Positions 12,241 through 22,810 of a DNA stretch of 64,000 nucleotides are shown piece after piece. The notes beneath the pieces are model-generated. The model was not told the origin of the DNA. It saw only the letters and a program-made list of their open reading frames with translations, and did no database searches. The first letter of the stretch is position 1. Each line of letters starts with the position of its first letter. The position numbers were made by a program, and so were the translations under genes. Source of the stretch: Felis catus (lineage: Eukaryota); assembly GCF_018350175.1 (NCBI RefSeq), contig NC_058373.1, positions 113,524,001 to 113,588,000 on the forward strand. Reading direction: 5' to 3'.

Positions 12241-12500
12241 CCATTCGGGAGGTTGCCGGAGGGAGGGGTGGGGTGGGACGACTGACAGCGGCTACTCCTA
12301 TTGGTCAATGGAGGGACGATACAAATAAGGCGCCATATTTGTTTGGGTCACGTGACGCCACCTCTTCGGACTGGAGAAAGCTAGGACTTGCGGTGTCAAC
12401 CAGCTACCTGGCTGAGGATCGTTCCTTTCAGTTTTGACCACTCCTCTGCTCGATACCTTCAGTTCTGCGTTCAGCGGGGCGGGTGGCAGAAATATCAGTG
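12240..12500 (-). promoter_or_regulatory. ZFYVE26 promoter: CCAAT (ATTGG 12300-12304), YY1-like CGCCATATT (12331-12339), CLEAR/E-box GTCACGTGAC (12347-12356), GC box (~12476-12483)
   Basis: Motifs read directly in CpG-rich sequence upstream of exon 1. Confidence 0.75.
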
Positions 12501-13329
12501 TTCGTTGATTTTTTTCATGTCTCTTTTACTCCATAGCGTTTGAAGTCAGCTTTTACTAAGCGCCCGCCGGTGACAGTGTTTTGCCAGGCCTTCTTCCAGA
12601 GGAAGAAGACCTGGATACTCCTCCATTGCTATTTTATCCACTTGGGTTCTGTTATAATCGCAGAATCCTGCGTTCTGAATTCCCATTTTCTGCCTAACTC
12701 CATTGATTTATTTGCTCACTTACCCGACAATCGTTAATTGAACGGTGTCCTAGGCCCTACTTTTCAGGCTGAATAAGTTGCAGACCCTGTCCTCGAGTTC
12801 AGTCTAATAACAAGTGCAGGTAAGTAATTAGAATACAGTAGGCTAAATTATAAGATGGAAGTATGCACTGAAGAGCCGAGAGCAAAGGACGAGCAAAAAC
12901 TTTTTCGCAAATACAGAACTGTAATCTGAAACCCAGTCTTAAAGTAACAGTTCCCTTTTACACCGAAACTTCGGTGGTTCCCCTCATGGTCTTAAACTAC
13001 AGGCTCTTAACGTTTCCCCATGGTGTGTTTTCAGCTTGAGCAATTTCATTAAGTATTTCCAAACTATTTAACCTCCAAAGTGTGGTGAAAAAAGCAAACC
13101 CAAACCAATCCCAGCTCTCTTCCAAACCTCTTCTACTATAGGTGAATTCTTAACTATTCTCTGAAAACTAACATGTCTTTCTGGTCCATTATGCATTTTT
13201 TAAATGTAGTGTCAAAAAAAAAAGAGACAATTCCAAGCAAGGTTTTTCCTGGCTTCATTTTCTCCTTGCAGATGTTTCTTTACCTGATTTTGATAATCAT
13301 TATATTGAGAAACTGGGATTCAGTGACGG

Positions 13330-13495
13330 ATTCTGGTGTGAACTACAATTCCCAGCAAGCAGTGGAATCAACCTGGGACTCTTCCTACCTCTGATTGGAT
13401 ATTTCTTTCGAGTGACAGCCCAATCGGCATTTGGGTTGTTGCTTTGCGGCGCTTTCCGCGGGGAACTGTGAGGGGTGGGGGAAACTTTGAAAGTT
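13330..13495 (+). promoter_or_regulatory. RAD51B promoter: ZNF143/THAP11 motif (13342-13360), CCAAT boxes (13394-13398, 13420-13424), CHR TTTGAA (13486-13491)
   Basis: ACTACAATTCCCAGCAAGC, ATTGG, CCAAT and TTTGAA at the start of a CpG-rich segment (~13400-13900). Confidence 0.75.
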
Positions 13496-13511
13496 GGATG
13501 CTACAGACCCG
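13440..13511 (+). other. RAD51B: RAD51B 5'UTR exon 1 (5' end approximate)
   Basis: Candidate donor CCG|gtactg at 13511/13512 downstream of promoter motifs; resembles the human first exon as I recall it. Confidence 0.6.
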
Positions 13512-15028
13512 GTACTGCAAAGATTCGTGTGGGGGGACATTCGGGGGGCGGGGGGTAATGGGGTGCGCTCATTATTTCCTGCCCCCTCTCTGGGCCCCTT
13601 TCTGTGTTATTACTTTCGGGGTAGCGGAGAAAACCTCTTTGGTCCAGAACACTCCCCCCTTAGGCCTGAGGCATGGTAACGGGAACTCCGCCGCAAATAT
13701 GGGGGCTCTTGGCCTTCTTTTGTGGGGGATGCTGGAACTGTGCTCCTTGCTGGAAAAAAAGTTCTTTTTAGGGGATTCTAGAGTGACGTTTTCGCCTCTT
13801 GATGCCCACCTCCGCCCTCCCATTTGCCGGCTGTTGGGGAGTCTCGGCGGGGGAGCCGGTCCTTAAGGGAACACTGGGGTCCGCTCACCTTCTGTGGTGT
13901 TGAAGAAGAGTAGTTAAAGCGTGGAATCTGGAGTTCTATGTCTAGATTCGAATGGGGACTCCACCATTTGCTAGCTGATAGACTTCACGCGTTTTTCAAC
14001 TCAGTGCCTCAGTATTAGTCTGTAAAAGGGGTCAAACATCGGAAGCTCTTGGAACAGTACCTGGCACGTAATAAGGGTCCAATAAATATTAGCTATTATC
14101 GTTACTTACAAACAGTTTTCACTGAACATCTTTCACGAGGATTTTTACTTTGTTGAGGAGGAAAGGTTTCAGCCTTCAGGATGGAATATCTTCCCTCACC
14201 CCTGATTATATGTGTGCGCACACACACAGAGCAGGAATTTAACAGTCTCTGGTGGAAGAAACAAGCCGTAATAATACGTTAATAAGATTATGCAACAAAT
14301 ACGTATAAAGTATGATGAAAACACTGGGTTGGAAGAGATTGACTAGGGGACAAGGTTTGTGCAGGAAAGTCGGAGTCAGGATGGCGCTTGTGTAACCTAC
14401 CAATATACAGTATTGTGGCTGGAGAGCGGATGAAGTGAGGCAACAAATGATGTTTTGCTGACAGAATTGATATGGTAATGGTTGTTAAAACCTTGAGCTC
14501 TGTGTGTGAGGCACCATCCAAATCTTCTAACCTTCACTACATTCCTTTGGGGTAGATGTTTGAATGACCTTTGTTTTTCAGACGAGGAATTGAAGACACC
14601 AGGAGGGGAAGTAGCTGCCAGGAAGGCAGGGTCTGGGCCTTGCCATCAGATGTATGGATGAGAGGGAAATGAGAGACCAGTTTATGAAGGGTCTTTATGT
14701 GATCTTAAGAAGTGTGGAATTTATCCCGTGCCCTAATGGTCACATGGGTAGTTTTAAAGGATGAAAGGGACAGGATTGGAGCAAAGTTTTAGGTAGCTAC
14801 CTCCGGCAGGATTGGAGCACTGACCTAACTTCCGCAGACCGGTTTGGTGCTTCTTCCTGGCACATTTAAATGCAAATGACGATACTTACCGTGTGACTGT
14901 GATAATTTGTGTATACATCTCTTTTCGTCTTTTACTGTGAGTTGCCAAAGGGAAAGGAGTATGTTTAAATGATTCTTTACACCAGAGCCCAGCAGCTCAG
15001 CAGAGTGTGTGATTAAGAAGGGTCTCCT

Positions 15029-15250
15029 GGGGCGCCTGGGTGGCGCAGTCGGTTAAGCGTCCGACTTCAGCCAGGTCACGATCTCGCGGTCCGGGAGATC
15101 GAGCCCCGCGTCAGGCTCTGGGCGGATGGCTCGGAGCCTGGAGCCTGTTTCCGATTCTGTGTCTCCCTCTCTCTCTGCTCCTCCCCCGTTCATGCTCTGT
15201 CTCTCTCTGTCCCAAAAATAAATAAACGTTGAAAAAAAATTAAAAAAAAA
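15029..15250 (+). mobile_element. Young SINEC_Fc in RAD51B intron 1
   Basis: CpG-intact consensus-like body; TSD AAGAAGG(G/A)TCTCCT at 15015-15028 / 15251-15264. Confidence 0.95.
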
Positions 15251-15589
15251 AAGAAGGATCTCCTGAAGGAGAAAAAAAAAATTTTTTTTTTTTTTTGATG
15301 GTGCAGGGAATAACAAGAGGCAGCATGCAATAGTGCAGGCAAATGATGGGAGTGGCCCTAAGAAGGCTGAGATAGCAGAGTTGGTTATTGTTAAACAAGT
15401 CCGGGTAGTTTGGGTTCTTCTTTTTGATTGAATGTATCAGCCTATATGGTGCTATTGCTCAGAACTACCTGATCTATAAAGACACTAAGAAATGATACAG
15501 CAGATATCACTTGGTAAACTATTTAGGAAACGAATCGGTACAAATTCCCATTGAGAGAAATGAGAGGGATGTATTTTGTGCTTATGAGA

Positions 15590-15590
<1 letters not shown>

Positions 15591-15630
<40 letters not shown>
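15591..15630. repeat. (TG)n microsatellite
   Basis: About 20 TG units. Confidence 0.95.
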
Positions 15631-15634
<4 letters not shown>

Positions 15635-16418
15635 CGCATATGCATAGGCTCATGAATGTGAGAGAAAGTGGGAGAGAGGGAAGGAGAGAATTAATTTGAT
15701 GCAGAGAATTTAGATTTTATGTAGAAATTTGGGCATAAACAGGTTATCTACATTTTCAGTGCTATGTATTTTGTTCTAAAATGTTACTCCTTTTCTGTTA
15801 ACAATATTGCTTTATCTCCTGGAACAATGGAGTTGCTGTTTCTATTCTATCCAGAGGGTATCTTGTCATCTCAGCGAGATGCACAGCCTCTTCTCTGCAT
15901 GTGTTATGAAGGGAATCACCGTGATTGTGTTCTAGCTCACTGAAGGCAAATATTTCATGAGTCTCATTTAGTCTTAGGTTCAGCAGTAAGAGTGAAATTT
16001 CTTGCATGTGAGAATGTGAGCAGCTACTACAAAAAAAACACACATTTCAGTTTGTAATTAAGACCTGAAATAATAATATCTTGTTTGATTCGCAGGTTTG
16101 TTCTGGCTCATAGAAAAAGGAGAGGGTAAATATGATTATGGACTTGTAGTAGGGGTATACTGGTTAAGAGGATAAACCTTAGAGTCACTTCCTGAGTTGA
16201 AATTCTGAATCCACCATTTACTTTTTCTGGTGACAATGGAATAGCTAACATCTAGGGTTTAGTGTTCTCATAGGTAAAAATTGGGTCAATAATCAACCTT
16301 CCTTATAGGGCTATTGAGAAGATTAAATGTTATAATTTATATAAAGCTTTGGAACAGTGCCTCCTGTACATAGTAGGTGCTCAGTAAATTTATTGCTACA
16401 GTGCAATGAAAGCAAAGA

Positions 16419-16632
16419 CTTTTTTTTTTTAAAGTTTATTTATTTTGAGAGAGAGCACATGAGCAGGGGAGGGGCCGGGAGAGAGAGAGAGAGAAAGAGA
16501 GAGAGAATCCTAAGCATACTCCATGTTGACAGTGCAGAGCCCAACGAGGCTCCATCTCCTGAATCGTGAGATCATGACCTGAGTCAGAATCAAGGGTCAG
16601 ATGCTTAACTGACTGAGCCACCCAGGTGCCCT
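16419..16632 (-). mobile_element. SINEC, with a MIR remnant just upstream (~16150-16395)
   Basis: Reverse-complement SINEC with AAAGACTTT on both flanks. Confidence 0.85.
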
Positions 16633-17018
16633 GACAGTAAAGACTTTCTAAGGAGTGCTGCTTGGAAATATTCCTTGAAAGTTAATTATACATCCAAATA
16701 AAATTTATAAATACATTGAAAATCTTAAGATGCTATGCAAATGTGAAGTGATATATTTATATTCATGTAATAAATATAAAAGAATTGTGTGAAATGCACA
16801 TTCTTATGTTGTTTTGTTTGTGTGCATGTTTGGCAGACATAGAAAGATTCTACAGCTTTTATTTTATCAGTAATATTTTAAATACTATACATTTCATTTC
16901 ACACATGAAGAAGCTTGAAGAATTTTTTATTTTGTAGTGTGTTTTGGTAGCCTGTCTACTATTGCTTATGGTATTTTCTAATGCTTTTCAGGGTTCTTTT
17001 TCTGCTGCATCTGAAAGC

Positions 17019-17102
17019 ATGGGTAGCAAGAAGCTCAGAAGAGTGGGCTTATCACAAGAGCTGTGTGACCGTCTGAACAGACATCAAATTGTTACCTGTC
17101 AG
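17019..17102 (+). CDS. RAD51B: RAD51B exon 2 coding part (84 nt), MGSKKLRRVGLSQELCDRLNRHQIVTCQ
   Basis: ATG at 17019 in good context (AGCATGG); donor CAG|gtaaaa. Confidence 0.96.
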
Positions 17103-17145
17103 GTAAAATTTATTTACTTTCTCACTAAGAAATTTTGAGTACAAA

Positions 17146-17522
17146 AATTTTTTTTAATTTTATTATTTATTTTTTAAAATTTGCATCCAAATTAGTTAGC
17201 ATATAGTACAACAATAATTTCAGGAGTAGGTTCCTTAGTGCCCCTGACCCATTTAGCCCATTCCCCCCTCCATTAACCCTCAGTTTGTTCTCCACATTTA
17301 TGAGTCTCTTCTGTTTTGTCCCCCTCCCTGTTTTTATATTATTTTTGTTTCCCTTCCTTTATGTTCATCTGTTTGGTCTCTTAAAGTCCTCATATGAGTG
17401 AAGCCATATGATTTTTGTCTTTCTCTGACTGACTAATTCCACTTAAAATAATACCCTCCAGTTCCATCCACGTAGTTGCAAATGGCAAGATTTCATTCTT
17501 TTTGATTGCTGAGTAATACTCC

Positions 17523-17569
<47 letters not shown>

Positions 17570-18046
17570 ATACCACATCTTTTTTTTAAATTTTTTTTTT
17601 CAACGTTTATTTATTTTAGGGACAGAGAGAGACAGAGCATGAACGGGGGAGGGGCAGAGAGAGAGGGAGACACAGAATCGGAAACAGGCTCCAGGCTCTG
17701 AGCCATCAGCCCAGAGCCTGACGCGGGGCTCAAACTCACGGACCGTGAGATTGTGACCTGGCTGAAGTCGGACGCTTAACCGACTGCGCCACCCAGGCGC
17801 CCCATACCACATCTTCTTTATCCATTCATCCATCATTGGACATTTGGGCTCTTTCCATACTTTGGCTATTGTTGATAGTGCTGCTATAAACATGGGGGTG
17901 CATGTGTCCCTTCAAAATAGCACACCTGTATCCCGTGGATAAATGCCTAGTAGTGCAATTGCTGGGTCGTAGGGTAGTTCTATTTTTAGTTTTTTGAGGA
18001 ACTTCCATAGTGTTTAACAGAGTGGCTGCACCAGCTTGCATTCCCA
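17146..18046 (-). mobile_element. 5'-truncated carnivore L1 containing a (TG)n tract (~17525-17566) and a nested young SINEC_Fc (17582-17803)
   Basis: ORF2 C-terminal MFIAALSTIAKVWKEPKCP and MEYYSAIKKNEILPFATTWMELE; L1 TSD GAGTACAAA (17137-17145 / 18047-18055); SINE TSD ATACCACATCTT. Confidence 0.93.
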
Positions 18047-18171
18047 GAGTACAAATTAATATTAAATATACCTTAATAACTCTTAAACCTGAAATATGAA
18101 AATTTAACTTTCTAAAAAAAAAATGAATGATGGTGCTTCTCCATAGGCTATTTTAAAATAACAGGCTACTT

Positions 18172-19262
18172 GGGGTGCCTGGGTGGCTCAGTCGGTTACA
18201 ACTCTTGATTTTGGTTCAGATCGTGATTTCAGAGTCTTAAGAATGAGCCCCTCATTAGGCTCCTGTGGGGCTTGGTGCTGGATGTGAAGCCTGGTTAAGA
18301 TTCTCTCTCTCTTTCTCTCTCTGTGTCTCTCTGCCCTTCTGCCGCTTGTGCTCTCTCTCTCAGAAATAAAATAAAATAACAGGCCACTTAGGTTGTATCA
18401 AATGTGATTTCATTTACCTAAATTCCTATACTTTTGCTTGGGTCAGGGGAGAATGCTTATGGCATAATGTGAAGTATACTCGTGCTATTTATTTGGAATT
18501 CTAGAGAAGTTTCATCGAATTGAAAGAAATTTTGCAGTTATATGAGAAATAAGACTCAAATGAAGAGACAGTATTCAAAATGGGTAATGTCTCTTGCAAG
18601 CAAGAGAAATTAATAGAATCCTTATCAATGTAATGAGAGAAATGTATAAAGCAGATGTTGCATTTTAGGCACAGTAGTGAAGCAGCTCCCTCTTAGGAGG
18701 TTAAATAAGTTTTAACATTTTTTGTTTGTTTGTTTTGTTTTTAATGTTTATTTTTGAAAGAGAGAGAAGGGGGGAGGGGCAGAGAGAGAGGGGGACAGAT
18801 GATCCGAAGTAGGTTCTGTGCTGACAGCAGAGATTCCGATGTGGGGCTTGAACTCACAAACCATGAGATCATGGGTCGAAGCCAGATGCTTAACTGACTG
18901 AGCCACCCAGGTGCCCCTAGACTTAATGTTTTATATTAGGATTTAATCCTTAATAAGACAGATTTTCAGAGCATACTACAATTAAAAAAAAACTGCTTTG
19001 TGTATTAATGGTATTTTTGGTTCCTCTATTATACATTTAATAATCCTCGGGGTGCCTGGGTGGCTCAGTCGGTTGAGCGTCCGACTTCGGCTCAGGTCAT
19101 CATCTCACGGTCTGTGAGTTCGAGCCCCGCGTCGGGCTCTGTGCTGACAGCTCAGAGCCCGGAGCCTGTTTCGGATCCTGTGTCTCCCTCTCTCTCTGAC
19201 CCTCCCCCGTTCATGCTCTGTCTCTCTCTGTCTCAAAAAAATAAATAAAAATTAAAAAAAAA
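18172..19262. mobile_element. Three SINECs: ~18172-18380 (+), ~18718-18917 (-), ~19049-19262 (+)
   Basis: SINEC heads, bodies and tails. Confidence 0.88.
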
Positions 19263-19705
19263 ATCCTCATGTTCGTACTTGGAAACACTCTTAAAAGTAT
19301 GAGATTTAACATTTCATTCCATAGTCTGTTTTATTGTCTCTATTAAATACTTTTCCTGAATGCTGTCATAGCTCAGTAAGAAACTCATTTCAACCTGACA
19401 CTTTCTGGGTATTTGTGCCTAAACTGCAGCACAGGGCGGTGTTTATATACACCTGGGTTGGAGGCTGCTGCTATGTGAAGTTACTTGGTGTGACCTCTGG
19501 TATATGCTAACTGAATTAGAGAATTAGAAGGTAAGATTATATCGTCATATCTTTTAGTTAAGTCATATATGGGGGAAATACTATAAGGAATATATAAATC
19601 TTCAATCTGCAGTAAATTATGGGCAGTGTCCATTGAAAGTTTCCTTTTAATTCCAGTATCTTTGTTGCACATATATTTTAAAATATTCTTTTTATGTCTC
19701 TCTAG

Positions 19706-19819
19706 GACTTTTTATGTCTTTCGCCACTGGAACTTATGAAGATGACTGGCCTTAGTTATCGAGGTGTCCATGAACTTCTGTGTATGGTCAGTAGAGCCTG
19801 TGCCCCACAGATGCAAACG
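19706..19819 (+). CDS. RAD51B: RAD51B exon 3 (114 nt), DFLCLSPLELMKMTGLSYRGVHELLCMVSRACAPQMQT
   Basis: Acceptor tctctag|GAC and donor ACG|gtacat. Confidence 0.96.
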
Positions 19820-19968
19820 GTACATATACATATATACGTATATATTTATATATATTATGTTTTGATTATGACTTATTTTGAGATGATCCTTTATCTCATT
19901 TAAAATATTTTTTTGGAGATGAGGCAAAATTAAAAATAGATATGAACATCTCAAAAATATTGATTCTT

Positions 19969-20378
19969 GGGGCACATGGATGGCTCAGTTGGTTGAGTGT
20001 CCAACTTCAGCTCAGGTCATGATCTCACAGTTCATGGGTTTGAGCCCGGCAACGGGCTCTGTGCTGACAGCTCAGAGCCTGGAGCCTGCTTTGGATTCTG
20101 TGTCTCTCTTCTCTCTCTGTCCCTCCCCCACTCATGCTCTGTTTCTCTCTGTCTCAAAAATAAATAAATGTTAAAAAAAATTAAAAAACATATTGACTCT
20201 TGGGGTGCCTGGGTGGCTCAGTTGGTTAAATGTCCAACTTCTGATTTCAGTTCAGGTCATGATCTCACAACTTGTGGGCACTGATACCAGGAAGCCTGGT
20301 TGGGATTCTGTGTCTCCTTCTGTCTCTGCCTCTCTCTCTCTCTCTCTTTCTCTCAAAAATGGATGAATAAACATTAAA
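19969..20378 (+). mobile_element. Two tandem SINECs sharing one target site
   Basis: Target A(n)TATTGA(T/C)TCTT occurs at 19953-19968, 20186-20201 and 20379-20394. Confidence 0.92.
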
Positions 20379-21460
20379 AAAAATATTGACTCTTACACCA
20401 TAGGACTGGTCCTTTAATGAGAATATATGTGAAAAATTTATGTAGTTTGTAAGCTCATGGTAGACAGTTCCTAAAAATGGAATGAGGAAGCAACAGGAAG
20501 TTTTTTTTTTTCTGTAGCCAATATTGATATTTCAAAAGGTCATCTTTGTCTTTTATTTGTTTGCATAGGATTTGTGGATTTCACGGTTAAATTATAATAC
20601 ACTCATAATTTTAGAATGCCCCTGTCTCTGTAATACCAACTTTTATTATCATCAATCTACATTATAAAGCACATATAGTGGATTTACACTGCTCATTGAT
20701 TGAATAAATAATACTTTAAAACTTTTCTCTCTCTTGAGAAAGTTAAAAGTCTTTTATAACAAATTCTCATCAAGTACTATTATTTCATACTTTCTGTGTC
20801 ATAATGTTAGCTTTTCAAAATGTAGGTTTGGTGCGTGGTAGAAAAGATCTTGTTTTCCCAGAATAAGAGTGCCTAGAAGTCAGTGCACTTCAGTGCTTTG
20901 CAAATGTATTTATTTAGGTGGATTGTAGATTACTTACCTTACTATCTTATATCGAAATTTGGTAACCACTGAGCAATAAAGTGGAGTTCAATTCTGTGAA
21001 GTAGGAAGGAAGGGATGTTAGTGTCATTTGAAACTTCTGAAATTAATGAATAGATAAAAATATTTCCTTTTGTTCAGATTTAGCTTGTGATCTAAGAAAA
21101 TACTTCAAAGCCAGAGTAGTCAAAAGGAGAATTCAAATCAGAGTTAGGAATTGGCACTGTCTTAGCTTTGTCATTGACCTTGGAGCTTTGAATAGCTCAC
21201 TTTATTTTATGGGAGAAGTAAGAGAACTAAGATAGTGATGATTCTGTGATGAGGTTTAAATTAACTTGTTACTATTTTGAAGGTTGTAAAGCACCAACAA
21301 AGTGTTTTAATTTGAGGTATGTCATTCTATGTGTTTGGTCAATACCTACGTCATGTTTCTAGTTAGAGAATTAAATAAGAGAGCATGGGGAGGAAATTCA
21401 CTTCCGGGCTCCACTTGCACCACCACTTCAGCTGCGGTATCAATACCACCAAAGCCACCA

Positions 21461-21538
21461 AAAAGATGGCTTCTTCAGCTCACATTTGGAATGCAGTATC
21501 AATACTATTCCAAATGTGAGCTCAAGAAGCCATCTTTT
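21461..21538. repeat. 32-bp inverted repeat (1 mismatch) with 14-nt spacer
   Basis: 21461-21492 is the reverse complement of 21507-21538 except C21476/C21523. Confidence 0.97.
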
Positions 21539-21654
21539 CCCTTTGTTGTGCATTCACTCTTGTAGGATTCTCTAGATTTGAGTCTTGTGTTAAACATTGG
21601 CTTAGCCTTAGTTCATTTTTCCAGGGAAGAGTCTTTTGTTCAGTTATATATTAC

Positions 21655-22810
21655 TTGAATTAGTATTTATTGAGTGCCAGTCATGTGGCAGGTACTCTGT
21701 CAGGTCCTGGAGATATTAGAGTGAGCATGGTAATGTTCCTCATGCAGCTTACAGTCTAGTGGGATAAGTCAGACATTAAACACATAATTACATAAATGAT
21801 TAGTTGTAGTAATGATAAGTCCTATGAAGGAAAATTGTAAAAAGCTCTGAAACTTAGTAACAGGGAACATTACTTAGTTTAGGGATCAGGAAGGTCTCCT
21901 CCAAGGAAGCAACACTTCAGCTAAAACCTGAAGGATGGATAGGGGAGAATTAGGCCAAGTTGAGAAGGGATGTGAGCAGGGAGGAGTTTGCAGGCAGTGG
22001 AAGCAGGAAATGCAAAGGCCCTGTGAAGAGAAGGAGCATATGCTTTCATGGCAGTAAAATCAGGCTGGTGTGGATGGAACATAGCAGTGAGGAACAGAGT
22101 GGCCTCAGAGGTGAAGTCAGAGAAGTGAGCAGGAGTCAGATTGTGGGGCCTGCAGACCATGTAAAGGATTTCAGACTTTATTCTGTGGGCAATGAGAAGT
22201 CATAAAAGGGTATAATCTAATATGTATATTTAAAAAGTCAGTCTTGAACGTAGACAAGTGATTGAAAAGGAGCAGGGAAGTATTGATGAAGACCATCTAG
22301 GTATGTATTCCTGTATTCTAAACAGAAAGTGATCGTGACATGGATTGTTAGTATGGTGTTAACCCAGATGGCATAATGTCAGTTATGATGAAAGATAATT
22401 TAGGAGGTACAGTAAAGAGGACTGGTGATTGTTTGGCTGTGGGTGGTGATGAGGTACAGGAAAGTGACAGATGATTCCTTGATTTTTGCTTTAGGAAACT
22501 GGGTAGTACCACTTCCTGAGATAAGGAATGCTGTAAGAGTGTCAGGCTTGAGGGAGGCATAATTTACTACTTGTTGAATGTGAGGTGCTTGTGAAACATC
22601 AATTGGAGATGCAAACAGGCAGTTAAATATATGGGCCTGGAGTGTGAAGGAGACGTCTGTAGTAAAAGTATGTATTTGGTAGTCCTCAGTGTAAATATGG
22701 TAATGAGATAAGCATATCCAAGACCAAGTCCTGAGTGAAGTCTGCATTTTAAGATCAGATTAGATAATGATGAGTCTAAGAAGAAGCAGCCACCAAAGTA
22801 GAAGAAAAAC
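21655..22810. mobile_element. L2 remnant
   Basis: tatttattgagtgcc...cttacagtctagtggga...gcaaaggccctg...taaaggatttcagactttattct. Confidence 0.75.

Noticed and set aside
12069..12437. 122-aa ORF over the ZFYVE26 promoter
   Set aside because: Non-ATG start in GC-rich, stop-poor sequence with no recognisable domain
13444..13866. 140-aa ORF across RAD51B exon 1/intron 1
   Set aside because: TTG start, runs through the splice donor in CpG-rich sequence, no recognisable homology
14771..14818. 13-bp direct repeat CAGGATTGGAGCA spaced 35 bp apart
   Set aside because: Only two copies; a local duplication, not an array
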